64,000 bases of DNA from Candidatus Parcubacteria bacterium (GTDB lineage Bacteria; Patescibacteriota; Minisyncoccia; Minisyncoccales; JAGLUP01). Shown one piece after another: positions 10,540 to 20,903 of the stretch (positions are counted from its first letter, which is position 1; every line of letters begins with the position of its first letter). Location of the stretch: contig JAGLUP010000002.1 of the NCBI GenBank assembly GCA_023134715.1, positions 143,906-207,905 on the forward strand. The letters run 5' to 3'. The translations under genes were made by a program, and so were the position numbers. The notes beneath the pieces are model-generated. The model had not been told where the DNA came from. It searched no databases and saw only the letters and a list, made by a program, of their open reading frames with translations.

Positions 10540-12003
10540 ATGGGTAAACTAATGAAAAATTATCTTTTCTTTCGGAAAAAATATCCTAAATTTGTTTATC
10601 AGGGATATTCATACAAAATAGCTAAAAATGATTTGCAAATTTCATTTGATTTTGCTATTAGACCGGATATTTTTTTTAAGCCAAAAGTAACTATAAAAAA
10701 TATTAATAAAAAAAAATTGGCGCTGATAGGGGAGAAGGCATTAAATAATTTAATTTTTCATTTGGGTTTGATAGAGCTTATCAGCTATTGGAAATCAACT
10801 TGTTCGCCAGAAATTGAAATTAAAGCTGGCCACCTGAATAAAGAACAAATTAAATGGTGGAAAGATTTAATTATAAATGGAATGGGCGAATTTTTTTATA
10901 AAAATAAAATTGATTTTACGCAAGTAAATTTCCTTAAAATAACATCAAAGCCCTCCATGCCCAATGTAACGAGAAGCGATCTCGTTACATTGAAAAAGAG
11001 GGTGATTGCGCCGATTGGGGGAGGAAAGGACTCAATAGTAACTATGGAGATTTTAAAAAAACAAGGAAAAGATATTAATTGCTTTTCTCTAAATCCGACT
11101 CAAACAGCAAAAAGAGTAATGAGAGTCGGCAATTGTAAAAACCCAATTATTGTCAATAGAAAAATTGACAAAAAACTTTTAGAATTAAACCAAAATGGCT
11201 ATCTTAACGGCCACACTCCTTTTTCAGCTTATTTGGCTTTTTTAAGCATATTTTGCGCTGTAATTTTTGATTATAAATATATTGCGTTTTCAAATGAAAG
11301 AAGCGCAAGCGAAGGAAATTTAAAATATTTAGGAAAAACAATTAATCATCAATATTCAAAAAGTTTTGAATTTGAGCAAAAATTCAGGGATTATTCAAAA
11401 AAATATTTAGCTAAAAACGCAGAATATTTTAGCTTTTTGCGGCCTTTATATGAAATCCAAATAGCAAAATTATTTTCTCAATTTCCTCAATATTTTCCTG
11501 TATTTTTAAGCTGTAACGAAGCGTATAAAACTAATTCCGGCAGAAAAAAACCAGAAAAAAAATGGTGCGGAAATTGCTCTAAGTGTTTATTTGTTTTTGC
11601 AATTTTATATCCTTTTGTTGAAGAGAAAAATTTAATTAAAATTTTTCGTAAAAATCTTTTTGAAAATAAAAAATTACTGCCAATAATGTTAGAACTAATA
11701 GGCCTGCCCGCATCCCGCAAAGACGGGAAGTCGTTGCAGGCGGGGGAGAGAAGATTTAAACCGTTTGAATGCGTGGGAACAAAAAAAGAATGCCTTATTG
11801 CTTTTTACCTTGCCCGCCGTAGCTTTAAGCGAAGGAGGGTTAACAAAAATCTTCCTTATCTTTTGAAATATTTTGAAAAGAAAATTTTGCCAAAACATCC
11901 CGAATTAGAAAAAGAATCAAAAAAAATAATGTGTTCATGGGATAAGCAAAACAATTTACCCAAAAATTTTAAAAAAATACTGAAAAAGATTGACAAAAAT
12001 TAA
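10540..12003 (+). CDS. PP-loop (GGGKDS) ATP-pyrophosphatase-superfamily protein with C-terminal CxxCxKC; function unknown (MurL-type epimerase is a hypothesis)
   Basis: APIGGGKDSIV resembles the SGGxDS PP-loop; WCGNCSKC Cys cluster as in QueC-like enzymes; 487 aa; carries two GC-rich repeat insertions. Confidence 0.45.
   Translation: MGKLMKNYLFFRKKYPKFVYQGYSYKIAKNDLQISFDFAIRPDIFFKPKVTIKNINKKKLALIGEKALNNLIFHLGLIELISYWKSTCSPEIEIKAGHLNKEQIKWWKDLIINGMGEFFYKNKIDFTQVNFLKITSKPSMPNVTRSDLVTLKKRVIAPIGGGKDSIVTMEILKKQGKDINCFSLNPTQTAKRVMRVGNCKNPIIVNRKIDKKLLELNQNGYLNGHTPFSAYLAFLSIFCAVIFDYKYIAFSNERSASEGNLKYLGKTINHQYSKSFEFEQKFRDYSKKYLAKNAEYFSFLRPLYEIQIAKLFSQFPQYFPVFLSCNEAYKTNSGRKKPEKKWCGNCSKCLFVFAILYPFVEEKNLIKIFRKNLFENKKLLPIMLELIGLPASRKDGKSLQAGERRFKPFECVGTKKECLIAFYLARRSFKRRRVNKNLPYLLKYFEKKILPKHPELEKESKKIMCSWDKQNNLPKNFKKILKKIDKN
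11701..11747. repeat. GC-rich hairpin element inserted in frame inside CDS 10540..12003
   Basis: ggcctgcccgcatcccgcaaagacgggaagtcgttgcaggcggggga; GC-rich island in AT-rich CDS; same hairpin family as 58111-58160 and 13985-14065. Confidence 0.6.
11808..11841. repeat. second GC-rich hairpin element inside CDS 10540..12003
   Basis: ccttgcccgccgtagctttaagcgaaggagggtt closely matches intergenic cttgcctcgccgaagtttaaacgaaggcgggtt (55925-55957) and ccctccatagttttaacgaaggaggg (55973-55998). Confidence 0.65.
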
Positions 12004-12076
12004 AAATGTAATAGTATAATAACAGATATAGATATATTATAGTCATTTTAAAATAAAATATAAAGAGGTGGAAAAA

Positions 12077-12376
12077 ATGGGATTAGGAGAAAAAGTAAAT
12101 GCGCGCGCTGAAGAGATGGTTGTAGAAGGTGAAAGGCAACGGCTAGATAAGAAACTCGATGGAGCAAGCTCTATTCAAGAAATAAGAACCGCTCTTTTAG
12201 AAGAATTGGTAAGATTAAAAAAATGGGGTTCTATTTTAGAAAAACAAAAACAAGAAAACAGGGAATACTTTGAAGAATTAGAAAAAAAGACAAAGGAATC
12301 AGGACAAAAAAATCAAGAAAGCACAAGGCAAATAATTGAAAGATTGCACACTCTTGTATTGAGAAACCCAATTTAA
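12077..12376 (+). CDS. hypothetical coiled-coil protein
   Basis: ORF track starts at GTG 12068, but GAGGTGG precedes ATG 12077; followed by a hairpin terminator (12378-12405). Confidence 0.4.
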   Translation: MGLGEKVNARAEEMVVEGERQRLDKKLDGASSIQEIRTALLEELVRLKKWGSILEKQKQENREYFEELEKKTKESGQKNQESTRQIIERLHTLVLRNPI

Positions 12377-12499
12377 AAAGGAGATAAAATCTCCTCTTTT
12401 TTTTGTTGAAAATCTATGCTATTTTGAATAAAAAAATAAACAAAACAATTTACCCAAAAATCTTTATTGTAAGGAGCTAAGCTCCTTACAATTTTGTAT

Positions 12500-12573
12500 T
12501 TGACAAACATGTTAAGTGGTTGTATTTTATAAGTAAGTAGCACTTATTAAAATAAAATATAAGGGTGATAAAA
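12500..12573 (+). promoter_or_regulatory. promoter plus leader cassette (copy 1) driving HMG-CoA reductase
   Basis: TTGACA-17 nt-TATTTT then ...aagtagcacttattaaaataaaatataagGGTGATAAAAATG; near-identical copy at 14198-14271. Confidence 0.65.
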
Positions 12574-13710
12574 ATGAAAGAAGTTGATATACGAAGAAAG
12601 GCAATAGAAGAACTTACAAATACCAATTTAAAAGGTATTGGAGATTTTTCAATAAGTCCAGATTCGGCTGATGGAAATATTGAAAACATGATTGGAGCAG
12701 TCCAAGTTCCAATAGGTATAGCCGGGCCCCTTAAAGTAAACGGTGAATTAGCCAAGGGAGAATATTATATTCCTTTGGCTACAACTGAAGGAGCGTTAGT
12801 AGCTAGTGTCAATCGAGGATGTTCAGTGATAACTGCTTCAAAGGGAGCCAATACTTGGGTTTTTAAAGATAAAATGACCAGAGCTCCAGCGATTAGAACG
12901 AAGGGCATAGCAGAAACAAAATTATTGCTGGATTGGATAAAATTAAATTTTGAACAAATTAAACAAAAGGCCGAAAAAACTACTCTGTTTGGTAAATTAA
13001 TACAAATTGTGCCGCATATAGCAGGAAATACTATTTTTCTTCGGTTTGAGTATACTACTGGGGACGCAATGGGTATGAATATGGTTACGATTGCCACTGA
13101 CGAAGCAGTTAAGCTTATTGCTGAAAAAACAAATACGGAACTCATTGCTTTATCGGGAAATATGTGCGCAGATAAAAAACCTGCATGGCTTAATTCAATT
13201 GAAGGCAGAGGGAAAAGTGTTGTGGTGGAAGTAATAATTCCAGAAAAATTAGTAAAATCAAAGTTAAAAACTACTCCATCTTCCTTTATAGAAGTAGTCC
13301 ATCGAAAAATTTCTATTGGTTCAGCTTTGGCAGGTTCCCTTGGTTTTAACGCACATGTGGCAAATGTAATAGCAGGAATTTTCATTGCTACTGGACAGGA
13401 TGCGGCTCATGTAGTAGAAGCAAGTAATGCCATCACTACCGCTGAAATAGTTCAAGGCAACAAATTGTATGTTTCTGTAACGCTGCCTTCTCTATTGGTA
13501 GGCACAATCGGCGGGGGAACCGGACTAAAAACTCAAAACGAATGTTTAAATATTTTAGGAGTAGCAGGAGGTGCTGATTTTCCCGGAGAAAACGCTAAAA
13601 AATTTGCTGAAATTGTAGCTGCCGCAGTTCTTGCTGGAGAAATTTCTTTAATTGCCGCTTTATCTACTGGTGATTTGGCAAAAGCCCACCAGAGATTAGC
13701 CCGCACATAA
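12574..13710 (+). CDS. hmgA: hydroxymethylglutaryl-CoA reductase, class I (short, soluble form)
   Basis: TTEGALVASVNRGC, TGDAMGMNMV, VGTIGGGT motifs; start moved from GTG 12565 to ATG 12574 (the GTG lies inside the SD-like GGTGAT). Confidence 0.85.
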   Translation: MKEVDIRRKAIEELTNTNLKGIGDFSISPDSADGNIENMIGAVQVPIGIAGPLKVNGELAKGEYYIPLATTEGALVASVNRGCSVITASKGANTWVFKDKMTRAPAIRTKGIAETKLLLDWIKLNFEQIKQKAEKTTLFGKLIQIVPHIAGNTIFLRFEYTTGDAMGMNMVTIATDEAVKLIAEKTNTELIALSGNMCADKKPAWLNSIEGRGKSVVVEVIIPEKLVKSKLKTTPSSFIEVVHRKISIGSALAGSLGFNAHVANVIAGIFIATGQDAAHVVEASNAITTAEIVQGNKLYVSVTLPSLLVGTIGGGTGLKTQNECLNILGVAGGADFPGENAKKFAEIVAAAVLAGEISLIAALSTGDLAKAHQRLART

Positions 13711-13799
13711 CGAGCGAAAAAATCGCTCGTTTTTTTTATTGAAAATTTGTGTTATTTTAAATAAAAAAATAAATAAAACAATCTACCTAAAAATCTTGA

Positions 13800-14153
13800 A
13801 AAAATGTTAAGAAAAAAAGTGTTTTCTAATCCACATATCAAATACGACACAAATACCACTGCTACATAGCAGTAGTATTTGTGTCCCCTTTGTCGTTCAG
13901 TTCGCAAGTCATTCATCAATGAGTCAATATTTTTACAAACGACCTGCGGCCGCAGATGATTTATAAACTCGAGATTCTTCGCCTGCCTCGCCCGCATTGC
14001 TACGCCAGCCCGACAGCCTGACGGCAGTCATGGCGGCGGGCAAAACGTTGCGGGCGGGCTGGCTCAGAATGACAAAGGGACGCTCAGAATGACGTCTCCC
14101 TTGTTATTGCGAGGAGCGACTGAAAGGAACGACACGACAATCTTCGAAAAAAA
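13800..14153. repeat. non-coding cluster of GC-rich palindromic repeat elements
   Basis: hairpin gacacaaataccactgcta-ca-tagcagtagtatttgtgtc; ctgcggccgcag; reverse-oriented copies of the gtcattctgagc...gaagaatct element (agattcttcgcctgc, ggctcagaatgac x2); gcgaggagcgac...; sits exactly where the paralogous locus at 12465-12499 has only a 33-bp palindrome. Confidence 0.7.
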
Positions 14154-14187
14154 GGTTCAACTTTCAACGATCGCGGGGATTTGAACC
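14154..14187. repeat. CGATCG-centred palindromic element, copy 3
   Basis: ggttcaactttcaacgatcgcggggatttgaacc with A-run/T-run flanks. Confidence 0.7.
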
Positions 14188-14197
14188 CTTTTATAAT

Positions 14198-14271
14198 TTG
14201 ACAAATAGGTTAAATAGTTGTATTTTATAGGCAAGTAGCACATATTAAAATAAAATATAAGGGTGATAAAA
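14198..14271 (+). promoter_or_regulatory. promoter plus leader cassette (copy 2)
   Basis: TTGACA-17 nt-TATTTT and the same leader and GGGTGATAAAAATG as 12500-12573. Confidence 0.65.
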
Positions 14272-14700
14272 ATGGAAGAAAATAATGAAGGAAAAATCAA
14301 GGAAGACGCTGGAAAAATAACTGAGGGCAAAAGGACAAACTATTTTATTCCCGTATTAATAGTATTGTCGTTTAGCAGTTTTATAGTTTCTTTAGGGTTG
14401 CTACAAGATATTTTTCTATCTTTAGGAACAGCTTTATTTGTTTTTACACTATTTTTCTTCGGACCAATGAGTTTGTTAGTAATAGAAATAGCTAATAAGC
14501 ATTTTTTCGAAAGGAATGAAAAAGAATGGACAAAGATAACTAAAGAAGAGTTTTGTATGACAGCTGTGTGGGATGGAATATTTCTTCTCTTGTTTATTGC
14601 GAGTGGTTTTAATTTCTGGTTTTTCATACTTTTTATAATTGCGTTTATTGTTTTCCGTTATATATTTTTTAGTGCGTTTGTGATATTAGGAGATAATTAG
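14272..14700 (+). CDS. hypothetical integral membrane protein
   Basis: four hydrophobic segments; start taken at ATG 14272 after GGTGATAAAA. Confidence 0.5.
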   Translation: MEENNEGKIKEDAGKITEGKRTNYFIPVLIVLSFSSFIVSLGLLQDIFLSLGTALFVFTLFFFGPMSLLVIEIANKHFFERNEKEWTKITKEEFCMTAVWDGIFLLLFIASGFNFWFFILFIIAFIVFRYIFFSAFVILGDN

Positions 14701-14742
14701 CAATAATGAATTTATGGAACCAAAAAAAACAAGGTGATAAAA

Positions 14743-14961
14743 ATGACAGAAAATACTGAAAAAGATAAAAAAAGGGAAATTAGAAAAAAAGAACTTAAAC
14801 AAGAATTTAAGCATATACTTGAGGAAATCAACAAGAATGAAGAAGAGGCAACGCCGCGAAGCCCTGAGAATATGTTTAAGGAGGCGTTAAGATTAGTTGA
14901 TTGGCTTGGTAGAAAATGGAGAATTGAAGATTATCAGGAAAAAATCGGTATAAAATATTAA
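14743..14961 (+). CDS. hypothetical small charged protein
   Basis: 72 aa after AAGGTGATAAAAATG; hairpin terminator follows (about 14971-14998). Confidence 0.4.
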   Translation: MTENTEKDKKREIRKKELKQEFKHILEEINKNEEEATPRSPENMFKEALRLVDWLGRKWRIEDYQEKIGIKY

Positions 14962-15033
14962 TTATAAAAAATAAGAGCGATAAAAAGCTCTTTTTATTTT
15001 GATTTTTAAACTATTTTAGATTATTATAAAGAA

Positions 15034-16428
15034 ATGAAGTTAAATAAATTAGAAAATAAAAAAATTCTGGTTTTAGGATTGGGGAGAGAGGGGATAGACA
15101 CGCTCAAGTTTTTGAGGAAATTATTTCCTGAAAAAATCTTAGGAGTGGCGGATGAGTCAGAAATTAAAAAACTGAACAAGCCCGCCCAAATTTTGCTAAA
15201 AGCAAAAATTGTGGCGGGCAGGAAAATTAAAACTCATTTTGGGAAAAATTATCTCAAGACGCTTAAAGATTACGATGTAATAATTAAATCGCCTGGAATT
15301 CCGACAAAAAAGATAGAGCCGTTTTTAAAAAACAAACAGGACTTAACTTCTCAGACAGAAATCTTTTTTGAAAATTGTCCGAGTAAAATTATAGGAATTA
15401 CCGGCACTAAAGGAAAAAGCACTACCGCTTCTTTGATTTATCAGATATTAAAAGCAGGGAAAATAAAAACTCACCCCTTTAAATCCTTTCCGGCTAGCCG
15501 AAAAGGAATTTCGCCAAAGGAGAAATTATTTAACAGGGTGAACTTAATAGGAAATATTGGCACGCCAGTTTTATCTTATTTAAAAAACGCCAAGAAAAAT
15601 GATATTTTTGTCTATGAACTTTCCTGCCATCAACTGCAAAACCTTAAAAAATCACCGCATATTGCGGTATTATTGAATATATACCCAGAACACTTGGATT
15701 ATTACAAAAACTTCCAGGATTACATAAACGCAAAGGCAAACATTACAAAATATCAGACCAAGCAGGATTATTTGATTTATAACTCGCGAAATAAAATTGT
15801 TTCTAAAATTGCGAAAAATTCTAAGGCAAAAAAAATTCCTATCCCTACGAATTTACGAATATTTACGAATATACGAATTACGAATACGATTCCGGAAGAA
15901 AACATAATGGCAGCCGTTGCTATCGGAAAAATATTTAAAGTTCCAGAAAAAATTATTAAAAAAGCTATAAATAACTTTAAATCTCTCGCTCATAGATTAG
16001 AATTTATCGGAGAATTCAAGAAAATAAGATTTTACAATGACTCCTTATCAACCATTCCCGAAGCCACGATTGAGGCCTTAAATTTTTTGGGAAATGACGC
16101 GCAAACTTTAATCTTAGGCGGATATGATAGGGGACTGGACTTTAAAAATTTAGGCGAAAGAATTAAAAAAAGCAAAATAGAAACTCTGATTTTATTCCCC
16201 GAAACCGGCAGAAGAATTTGGAAAGAAATCAAAAAAAACAATAAAAATAATTTTTTAAAGCACTTTTTCGTTTATGATATGAAAGAAGCTATAAAATTGG
16301 CATATAAAAATACTGACAAGGGAAAAATATGTTTGCTTTCTCCTGCTTCTCCGAGTTTTGGAATTTTCAAAGATTACAAAGAAAGAGGAGATTTATTCAA
16401 AAAATATGTAAGGGCTGACTCGCGATGA
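15034..16428 (+). CDS. murD: UDP-N-acetylmuramoylalanine--glutamate ligase with two repeat-derived insertions
   Basis: GLGREG N-terminal Rossmann, [12 protein letters not shown]-loop, GNIGTP, Mur ligase C-terminal region; position upstream of ftsW-murG. Confidence 0.85.
   Translation: MKLNKLENKKILVLGLGREGIDTLKFLRKLFPEKILGVADESEIKKLNKPAQILLKAKIVAGRKIKTHFGKNYLKTLKDYDVIIKSPGIPTKKIEPFLKNKQDLTSQTEIFFENCPSKIIGITGTKGKSTTASLIYQILKAGKIKTHPFKSFPASRKGISPKEKLFNRVNLIGNIGTPVLSYLKNAKKNDIFVYELSCHQLQNLKKSPHIAVLLNIYPEHLDYYKNFQDYINAKANITKYQTKQDYLIYNSRNKIVSKIAKNSKAKKIPIPTNLRIFTNIRITNTIPEENIMAAVAIGKIFKVPEKIIKKAINNFKSLAHRLEFIGEFKKIRFYNDSLSTIPEATIEALNFLGNDAQTLILGGYDRGLDFKNLGERIKKSKIETLILFPETGRRIWKEIKKNNKNNFLKHFFVYDMKEAIKLAYKNTDKGKICLLSPASPSFGIFKDYKERGDLFKKYVRADSR
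15472..15540. repeat. 69-nt palindromic element inserted in frame in murD
   Basis: outer stem caccc...gggtg enclosing tcctttccggcta/tagccgaaaagga and aatttc...gaaatt hairpins; encodes about 23 extra residues ([24 protein letters not shown], approximate boundaries) between the P-loop helix and GNIG. Confidence 0.65.
15847..15888. repeat. interrupted TACGAAT tandem repeat (5 copies) inside murD
   Basis: tacgaat-t-tacgaat-att-tacgaat-a-tacgaat-tacgaat, translated as [14 protein letters not shown]. Confidence 0.8.
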
Positions 16429-16439
16429 CAATCCTTTAT

Positions 16440-16502
16440 GTCATTCTGAGCCAGCAGGCGAAGAATCTATAATACGAGATTCTTCACTTCGTTCAGAATG
16501 AC
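16440..16502. repeat. GC-rich inverted-repeat element (GTCATTCTGAGC...GAAGAATCT type)
   Basis: gtcattctgagccagcaggcgaagaatct-ataatacg-agattcttcacttcgttcagaatgac; a second imperfect IR lies at about 16548-16622. Confidence 0.75.
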
Positions 16503-16650
16503 AAGAGGAGACACTCATAGAAAACGCAGGAAACTGAATTTTAAAAGCGAAAATTCTAGGGTTTTCTGAGACGCGTCGGAGCCCTTTAGGGTAAAGCGCG
16601 AAGAAAATCCAGAATTTGAGCTAGAAAAATTTTTATGCTATAATTAAAAA

Positions 16651-17730
16651 ATGAAAGCTCGTCCTGATTACATTTTGCTTGGCATATCAATTATTTTAGT
16701 ATTCTTAGGAATGTTGGTATTAGCCACTGTTTCCGCGCCATTTTCCTTAGAAAAACACGGGACAACTACTTATTTCCTGTTTCATCAAATAATTTACGCT
16801 TTAATTCCCGGCATAATTCTCGGATTTACAGCATTCAAGCTTCCCTTATCTTTTATTAAAAAAAATGCCTTCAATTTTCTTTTAATAAATTTAATATTTT
16901 TAGCTCTTGTTTTCCTGCCCAAAATTGGTTTAAATTCAGGCGGAGCGGCCCGCTGGATAAGCTTGGGCCCGATTTCTTTCCAGCCATCAGAACTTTTAAA
17001 ACCCTTTTTCATACTTTACTTAGCGGCCTGGCTTGCCCGCCCAAGTTTTTCTAAAAAAAACTTCCTTCCATTTTTAATAATTATAGGACTTCTAAGTTTA
17101 TTTTTGATCCTTCAGCCAGATATAAGCACTTTAGGAATAATTGTTTTAACTGCCAGCTTAATGTATTTTTCCGCTAATACGCCTATTTTACAAAGCGTAT
17201 TTATAGTTTTAGGCGGCATAGGGTCTTTATTTCTTTTAATAAAAATAGCTCCATACAGATTAAATCGTATCTTAGTTTTTCTCAAACCAGAAATTGACCC
17301 TCTTGGAATAGGATATCAAATGAAACAGGCCTTAATCGCAGTAGGGTCAGGAGGTCTGCTCGGCGTAGGACTGGGAATGAGTCATCAGAAATTCGGATTT
17401 CTGCCCCAATCAATTGGAGATTCAATATTTGCTATATTTGCAGAAGAAACAGGATTTATGGGAAGCTTGCTCTTAATTCTTCTTTTTTTAGGATTTGCTT
17501 GGCAAGGCCTGAAGATTGCAAAATCTTCAAATGATGCATTTCTTCGGCTTGCTGCGTTAGGAATCAGCTCTTGGATTGTAATCCAGGGATTTATAAACAT
17601 CAGCTCAATGCTTAGAATTTTTCCTCTTACCGGCATTCCTTTGCCTTTTATCAGCTATGGAGGATCGCATTTAATCGCTGAATTAATTGGAATAGGGATA
17701 CTACTCAATATCTCAAAACAAAAACCATGA
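16651..17730 (+). CDS. ftsW: SEDS-family peptidoglycan glycosyltransferase (FtsW/RodA)
   Basis: 359 aa, about 10 TM segments, RWISLGPISFQPSE and GDSIFAI..EE.G motifs; dcw context. Confidence 0.85.
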   Translation: MKARPDYILLGISIILVFLGMLVLATVSAPFSLEKHGTTTYFLFHQIIYALIPGIILGFTAFKLPLSFIKKNAFNFLLINLIFLALVFLPKIGLNSGGAARWISLGPISFQPSELLKPFFILYLAAWLARPSFSKKNFLPFLIIIGLLSLFLILQPDISTLGIIVLTASLMYFSANTPILQSVFIVLGGIGSLFLLIKIAPYRLNRILVFLKPEIDPLGIGYQMKQALIAVGSGGLLGVGLGMSHQKFGFLPQSIGDSIFAIFAEETGFMGSLLLILLFLGFAWQGLKIAKSSNDAFLRLAALGISSWIVIQGFINISSMLRIFPLTGIPLPFISYGGSHLIAELIGIGILLNISKQKP

Positions 17731-18836
17731 AAATACTTTTTACCGGCGGCGGCACCGGAGGCCATATTTTCCCAATAATTTCTATTGTTAGAGAAATAAG
17801 AAGAATAAAACCTAAAAATAAATTAGAGTTTTTTTACCTTGGTCCAAAAGATGAATTTGCTTCAATTTTTCTTTCTCAAGAAGATATCAAAGTCAAAACA
17901 ATCTTTGCCGGAAAAATCAGGCGATATTTTTCTCTTGAAAACTTTATTGATATTTTTAGAATTTTAATCGGCATTCCTCAAGCATTTCTTTTTATCTTTT
18001 TTTCAACACCTGATATTGTCTTCAGTAAGGGAGGATACGGTTCTTTTCCGGTAGTTTTATCAGCTTGGCTCTTAAGGGTGCCGATTTTCCTTCATGAATC
18101 AGACGCGACCCCGGGATTGGTTAATAGAATCCTGAATGAATTTGCTTTAGAAATTTTTGTTTCTTTTCCAAGAAATGAATTTTTCCCAGTTGAAAAAATG
18201 ATTCTTGTTGGAAATCCGATTCGGAGAGAAATTTTAATGGGCTCAAAAGAAAAAGCAAAAGAATTGTTTAATTTAAGCGAGGAGCGTCCGGTTATTTTGG
18301 TTTTAGGGGGAAGTCAGGGCGCTCAAAAAATTAATGATATATTGTTGATAATTCTGCCGGAAATACTTAAAGAATTTGAAGTAATCCATCAATGCGGCGA
18401 AAGAAATTTTAAACAAATAAGAGCTGAAGCAAATGTAACAATTCCCAGAGGACTTCAAAAACATTATCATATTTTTCCATTTCTAAAAGAATCAGAAATG
18501 GCTCATAGCTATCAAGCGGCCGACATTGTAATAAGCAGAGCCGGCTCTGGAAGTATTTTTGAAATTGCCGCTTCTGGAAAACCAAGCATCTTGATTCCGC
18601 TTAAAACAGCGGCTCAAAATCATCAAATTAAAAACGCTTATCAGTATTCTCAAGCAGGAGCCGCAATTGTTATTGAAGAAGAAAATTTAACTTCTCATTT
18701 TTTTCTAAAGAAAATAAAATACTTAATTTCTCATCCTAACGAAGTTGAGGAGATGAAGAAAAAAGCTAAAGAATTTGGTCGACCAAAAGCTGCTAAAATT
18801 ATTGCTGAATATATTGTGGGATATTTATCTAAATAA
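17727..18836 (+). CDS. murG: UDP-GlcNAc:lipid I GlcNAc transferase
   Basis: FTGGGTGGHIFP N-terminus; GGSQGA; 4-nt overlap with ftsW. Confidence 0.9.
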   Translation: MKILFTGGGTGGHIFPIISIVREIRRIKPKNKLEFFYLGPKDEFASIFLSQEDIKVKTIFAGKIRRYFSLENFIDIFRILIGIPQAFLFIFFSTPDIVFSKGGYGSFPVVLSAWLLRVPIFLHESDATPGLVNRILNEFALEIFVSFPRNEFFPVEKMILVGNPIRREILMGSKEKAKELFNLSEERPVILVLGGSQGAQKINDILLIILPEILKEFEVIHQCGERNFKQIRAEANVTIPRGLQKHYHIFPFLKESEMAHSYQAADIVISRAGSGSIFEIAASGKPSILIPLKTAAQNHQIKNAYQYSQAGAAIVIEEENLTSHFFLKKIKYLISHPNEVEEMKKKAKEFGRPKAAKIIAEYIVGYLSK

Positions 18837-18837
18837 T

Positions 18838-20408
<1,571 letters not shown>

Positions 20409-20420
20409 TAAAAAACCGAT

Positions 20421-20636
20421 TCATAGAACCGGCTCATAATCGACGATAGACCACATCAGTATAAACCAAATCAAAAGAGGAATCATTCCTATCAACAACG
20501 CTTTATTTTGGCTTAAACCTATTTTTTTCATTAAGAACTCAATGAAATATCCCGTTATAAACATACAGATTATAATGCTCAAAAACATAAAAAATATCTT
20601 TCCCAAAAATACCAAAAAAATCATAATAAAATACAT
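20421..20636 (-). CDS. small membrane protein
   Basis: two TM helices; GAGGTGATAAAG precedes ATG at 20636 (the track start 20645 is the GTG inside the SD-like motif). Confidence 0.45.
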   Translation of the reverse strand: MYFIMIFLVFLGKIFFMFLSIIICMFITGYFIEFLMKKIGLSQNKALLIGMIPLLIWFILMWSIVDYEPVL

Positions 20637-20647
20637 CTTTATCACCT

Positions 20648-20863
20648 CTAAAAATTAATACCTTCAAGAACCATCATAGTCCCCACAAATAAAAATAATA
20701 GATATATTAGAAACCGCTCTTTAAGAATTTTTTTCTCAAAAATAAAACTTTCTTGGCGTAATTTAAATAATATTATTTTTAATTCACATATTGCACAATA
20801 GCATATGCAAATCCCCATAATTGAGAAACCAATCCCGAATAAATACCTTATTATGTCATCCAT
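20648..20863 (-). CDS. small membrane protein
   Basis: 71 aa, two TM helices, GAGGTGATAAA before ATG; tandem with 20421..20636. Confidence 0.45.
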   Translation of the reverse strand: MDDIIRYLFGIGFSIMGICICYCAICELKIILFKLRQESFIFEKKILKERFLIYLLFLFVGTMMVLEGINF

Positions 20864-20903
20864 TTTATCACCTCAACAAATTTTCAAATATCTATGTCTT
20901 TAA

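Noticed and set aside
13752-13997. 81-aa minus-strand ORF in the 13.7-14.2 kb spacer
   Set aside because: It runs through stacked palindromic GC-rich repeat elements and an AT-rich promoter-like block, with no RBS. It is typical of spurious ORFs generated by such repeats.
12565-14745. Recurrent N-terminal peptide MIKM/MIRM in several ORF-track proteins (2073, 12565, 14263, 14734, 20421, 63531) that could look like a conserved signal
   Set aside because: In most cases it is an artefact of calling the GTG inside the SD-like GGTGATAAAAATG as the start (gtg ata aaa ATG); for 2073..2525 the upstream codon is an ATG in atgattaaaATG. The real starts are probably the downstream ATGs.
18775-18837. 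Extended GltX N-terminus starting inside murG (ORF-track start 18775)
   Set aside because: The extension overlaps the murG 3' end in another frame and has no similarity to GluRS. ATG 18838, right after the murG stop, gives the canonical N-terminus just before the HIGH motif.
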